From: Batkoa obscura
Lineage: Eukaryota
Assembly (NCBI GenBank): GCA_030770535.1
Contig: JASVEC010000163.1
Location: 1-38,690, forward strand
DNA: 38,690 bases
Direction of reading: 5' to 3'
Positions 36,850-38,690 of this stretch are shown in pieces. The notes under the pieces are model-generated. The model made no database searches. It had not been told where the DNA came from and saw nothing but the letters and a program-made list of their open reading frames with translations. How positions within the stretch are numbered: the stretch's first letter is position 1; every line of letters begins with the position of its first letter. The position numbers were made by a program, and so were the translations under genes.

Positions 36850-36922
36850 GGGCATCTTTTTGGTTTTATTACTTTTTCTATCTTTTAAGCATTATTTGAG
36901 CAGAAAAGCTATCAGTAAAATT
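36850..36922 (-). mobile_element. Truncated MITE (reverse)
   Basis: 36868-36907 is the exact reverse complement of 34301-34340; the MITE left end is missing. Confidence 0.8.
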
Positions 36923-37072
36923 AATTAAAAAATACTGAAAATATAAAATTAATTATATTTTATTATTATAAAAAAACAAGAAAAACGTCATTTTGGCCCA
37001 GTTTTAGCCTTGGTCAAATAATTTTTAAAAAAATAAGTTAATTAATAGTTTTAAAACTATGCCTATTTATAT

Positions 37073-37171
37073 GGAGATGTATTTTTGTGTTTAAGAGTTT
37101 TACTAACAATTTTCCCACTCAAATAACGCTTAAGAGATAGAAAAAGTGATGAAGCCAAAAAAAACACTCCT
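37073..37171 (+). mobile_element. ~98-bp MITE, copy 9
   Basis: GGAGATGTATTTTTG...AAAAACACTCCT flanked by ATAT/GTAT. Confidence 0.88.
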
Positions 37172-38051
37172 GTATATAACTTTAAATATGTTTTTTATTT
37201 TATTTGGCTTTTTTTATAGCTCTCTTGGTTTTTCCTTAAATTTTTTGACTCTCTTGTACTATACCAACCCAAATGTAAACGGTTCGGAAGTTGAATGTTT
37301 CTTAAAGCAAAGTCGTAAGGACGGTCTAAATAAGTATGAAATTGAATGATATATACAAATAAAATAGTATAAAAATTATAATCATTTAAGTTACCTTAAG
37401 CTAATTTCTTGAACTAATAGTATTTTTTAGGGGGATATGTAGTTAGAAACTTCTATTAAACTATAAAAGCAAAGTTTAGAACTAGTTTATTAAGGATATA
37501 ATTAAGTATTAGTGTTTTTCAAAGCTCTAACCTCTAACCTCTAATTTTCGAAATAACAAAAGGCTCAGATTAGTAGCATTCATAAGTTTTATTGGCGATA
37601 AATACCTTTGCCAGTAAATTAAATTAAACTAAAAGCTCAGTTATCGCTATTAACATTTAGCTAGAAGTGAGATAGGGCAAATTATTAAACTCATAATTCG
37701 ACAACTTCTAAGATCAAATGCTAAGCCTAAGCCTTCAAAAGGCTCCCTTGATAAAATTTTAAACGGGATAATAGTGATAATTATATATTTTAAAATTTGT
37801 TGAAAAAAGTTAAAACTTCATTAGGGTTAGATGTGTATTAATTTTAATAAACATTAAAACTGATATATTCAATTTCACATACTTAAATGTATTAGTTATT
37901 TTAAACTTTTAAACAGTAATTACATAATCTGAGATATAATTTATTTGTAGAACTTGTATCTTATAATGTGAGTTTAATATATATTTGAAGTTTGATCGTT
38001 ATAGTCAAGGGTTAAAATTCCAATCGAGTGATAGTATTGATATGGATATCA

Positions 38052-38690
38052 TCATATATATTGAGTATAAAAGGTTTCATAAGGTAGGCTATTGATAGAA
38101 GAAATAGGGCTTTGAGTATAGGTATTTGACATATAATCAAAATAATTTGGAAAAATTCCAGAAGGTAAACTATCTGAAGAGTAGATTTGATTTAGATTAT
38201 AATCATATAAAGAGAAATCCAGATTAGAGCCATTCATGTTGTCTAAACTCAAATTGTTTTGAGCGAATGAGCGTGAATCTAAATACAGAGTATTTGAGGT
38301 ATTACTTAACAGTGTAGAATCCGCTTCCTCGTTTTTATTAATCCTTAATTTAAACTTCCTTAAAAATCTCTTAATCCATTTCGAATCGATATCAGAACTA
38401 CCCAACTTTAAACTACCAGCAATCTCATTAGCCTTGTTAACAACACACTTTGAAGTTATGTTCGATTTGATCAAGTTAACACTACTTAATTCAATATTCT
38501 GACCTTCTGTACACCACAAGTATAACAGGTTCTCCAATTTCTCGTCTTGATTCTTTTTAAAACATTTACGAGGGTCATATTTTAATATCTCATGGTTTAA
38601 TATTTCATCCTTCCTTAATATTATTTTAGTGATCGTGCTTCTAGCAACATTGAACTTTTCAGCCAGACTCTTGTGAGTTATATCCACTTT
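38052..38690 (-). CDS. CENP-B/pogo-type double-HTH protein lacking DDE (paralog 4), 5'-truncated by the window edge
   Basis: THKSLAEKFNVARSTITKII; LENLLYLWCTEG...VVNKANEIA...SKWIKRFLRKFKL; the reading frame runs off the end of the window. Confidence 0.8.
   Translation of the reverse strand, partial: KVDITHKSLAEKFNVARSTITKIILRKDEILNHEILKYDPRKCFKKNQDEKLENLLYLWCTEGQNIELSSVNLIKSNITSKCVVNKANEIAGSLKLGSSDIDSKWIKRFLRKFKLRINKNEEADSTLLSNTSNTLYLDSRSFAQNNLSLDNMNGSNLDFSLYDYNLNQIYSSDSLPSGIFPNYFDYMSNTYTQSPISSINSLPYETFYTQYI

Noticed and set aside
37146..37349. 67-aa ORF
   Set aside because: Starts inside MITE copy 9 and runs into AT-rich flank.
37525..37544. (CTCTAAC)n short tandem repeat, telomere-like
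   Set aside because: Fewer than three units; ordinary slippage.

Overview
Very AT-rich eukaryotic DNA with short GT-AG introns, most likely from an early-diverging fungus (inference). The left half (1-17.7 kb) is gene-dense. It holds a single-exon chitin synthase, a repeat-rich CsbD/Hmp1-like gene, a 6-exon exosome subunit (MTR3-like) and an 8-exon S6K/Psk1-type AGC kinase with a 10-nt micro-exon. It also holds a three-member family resembling fungal transcription-factor middle-homology proteins: two intact genes and one pseudogene that carries a 590-bp tract apparently identical to the nearer intact gene, in inverted orientation. The right half is accessory-like. It has four DDE-less CENP-B/pogo-derived HTH genes and two intact, near-identical ~2.46-kb Sola2-like DNA transposons with 22-bp TIRs and 4-bp TSDs. 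A ~98-bp MITE with similar termini occurs 11 times in the window (9 full, 2 partial). The most unusual signal is a densely base-paired ~260-nt non-coding region (3-way junction, possible pseudoknot, tandem hairpins) directly after the transposase stop codon, a candidate transposon-encoded structured RNA. Two long pre-miRNA-like fold-backs sharing a ~25-nt core were also found. All alignments and folds were done by eye.
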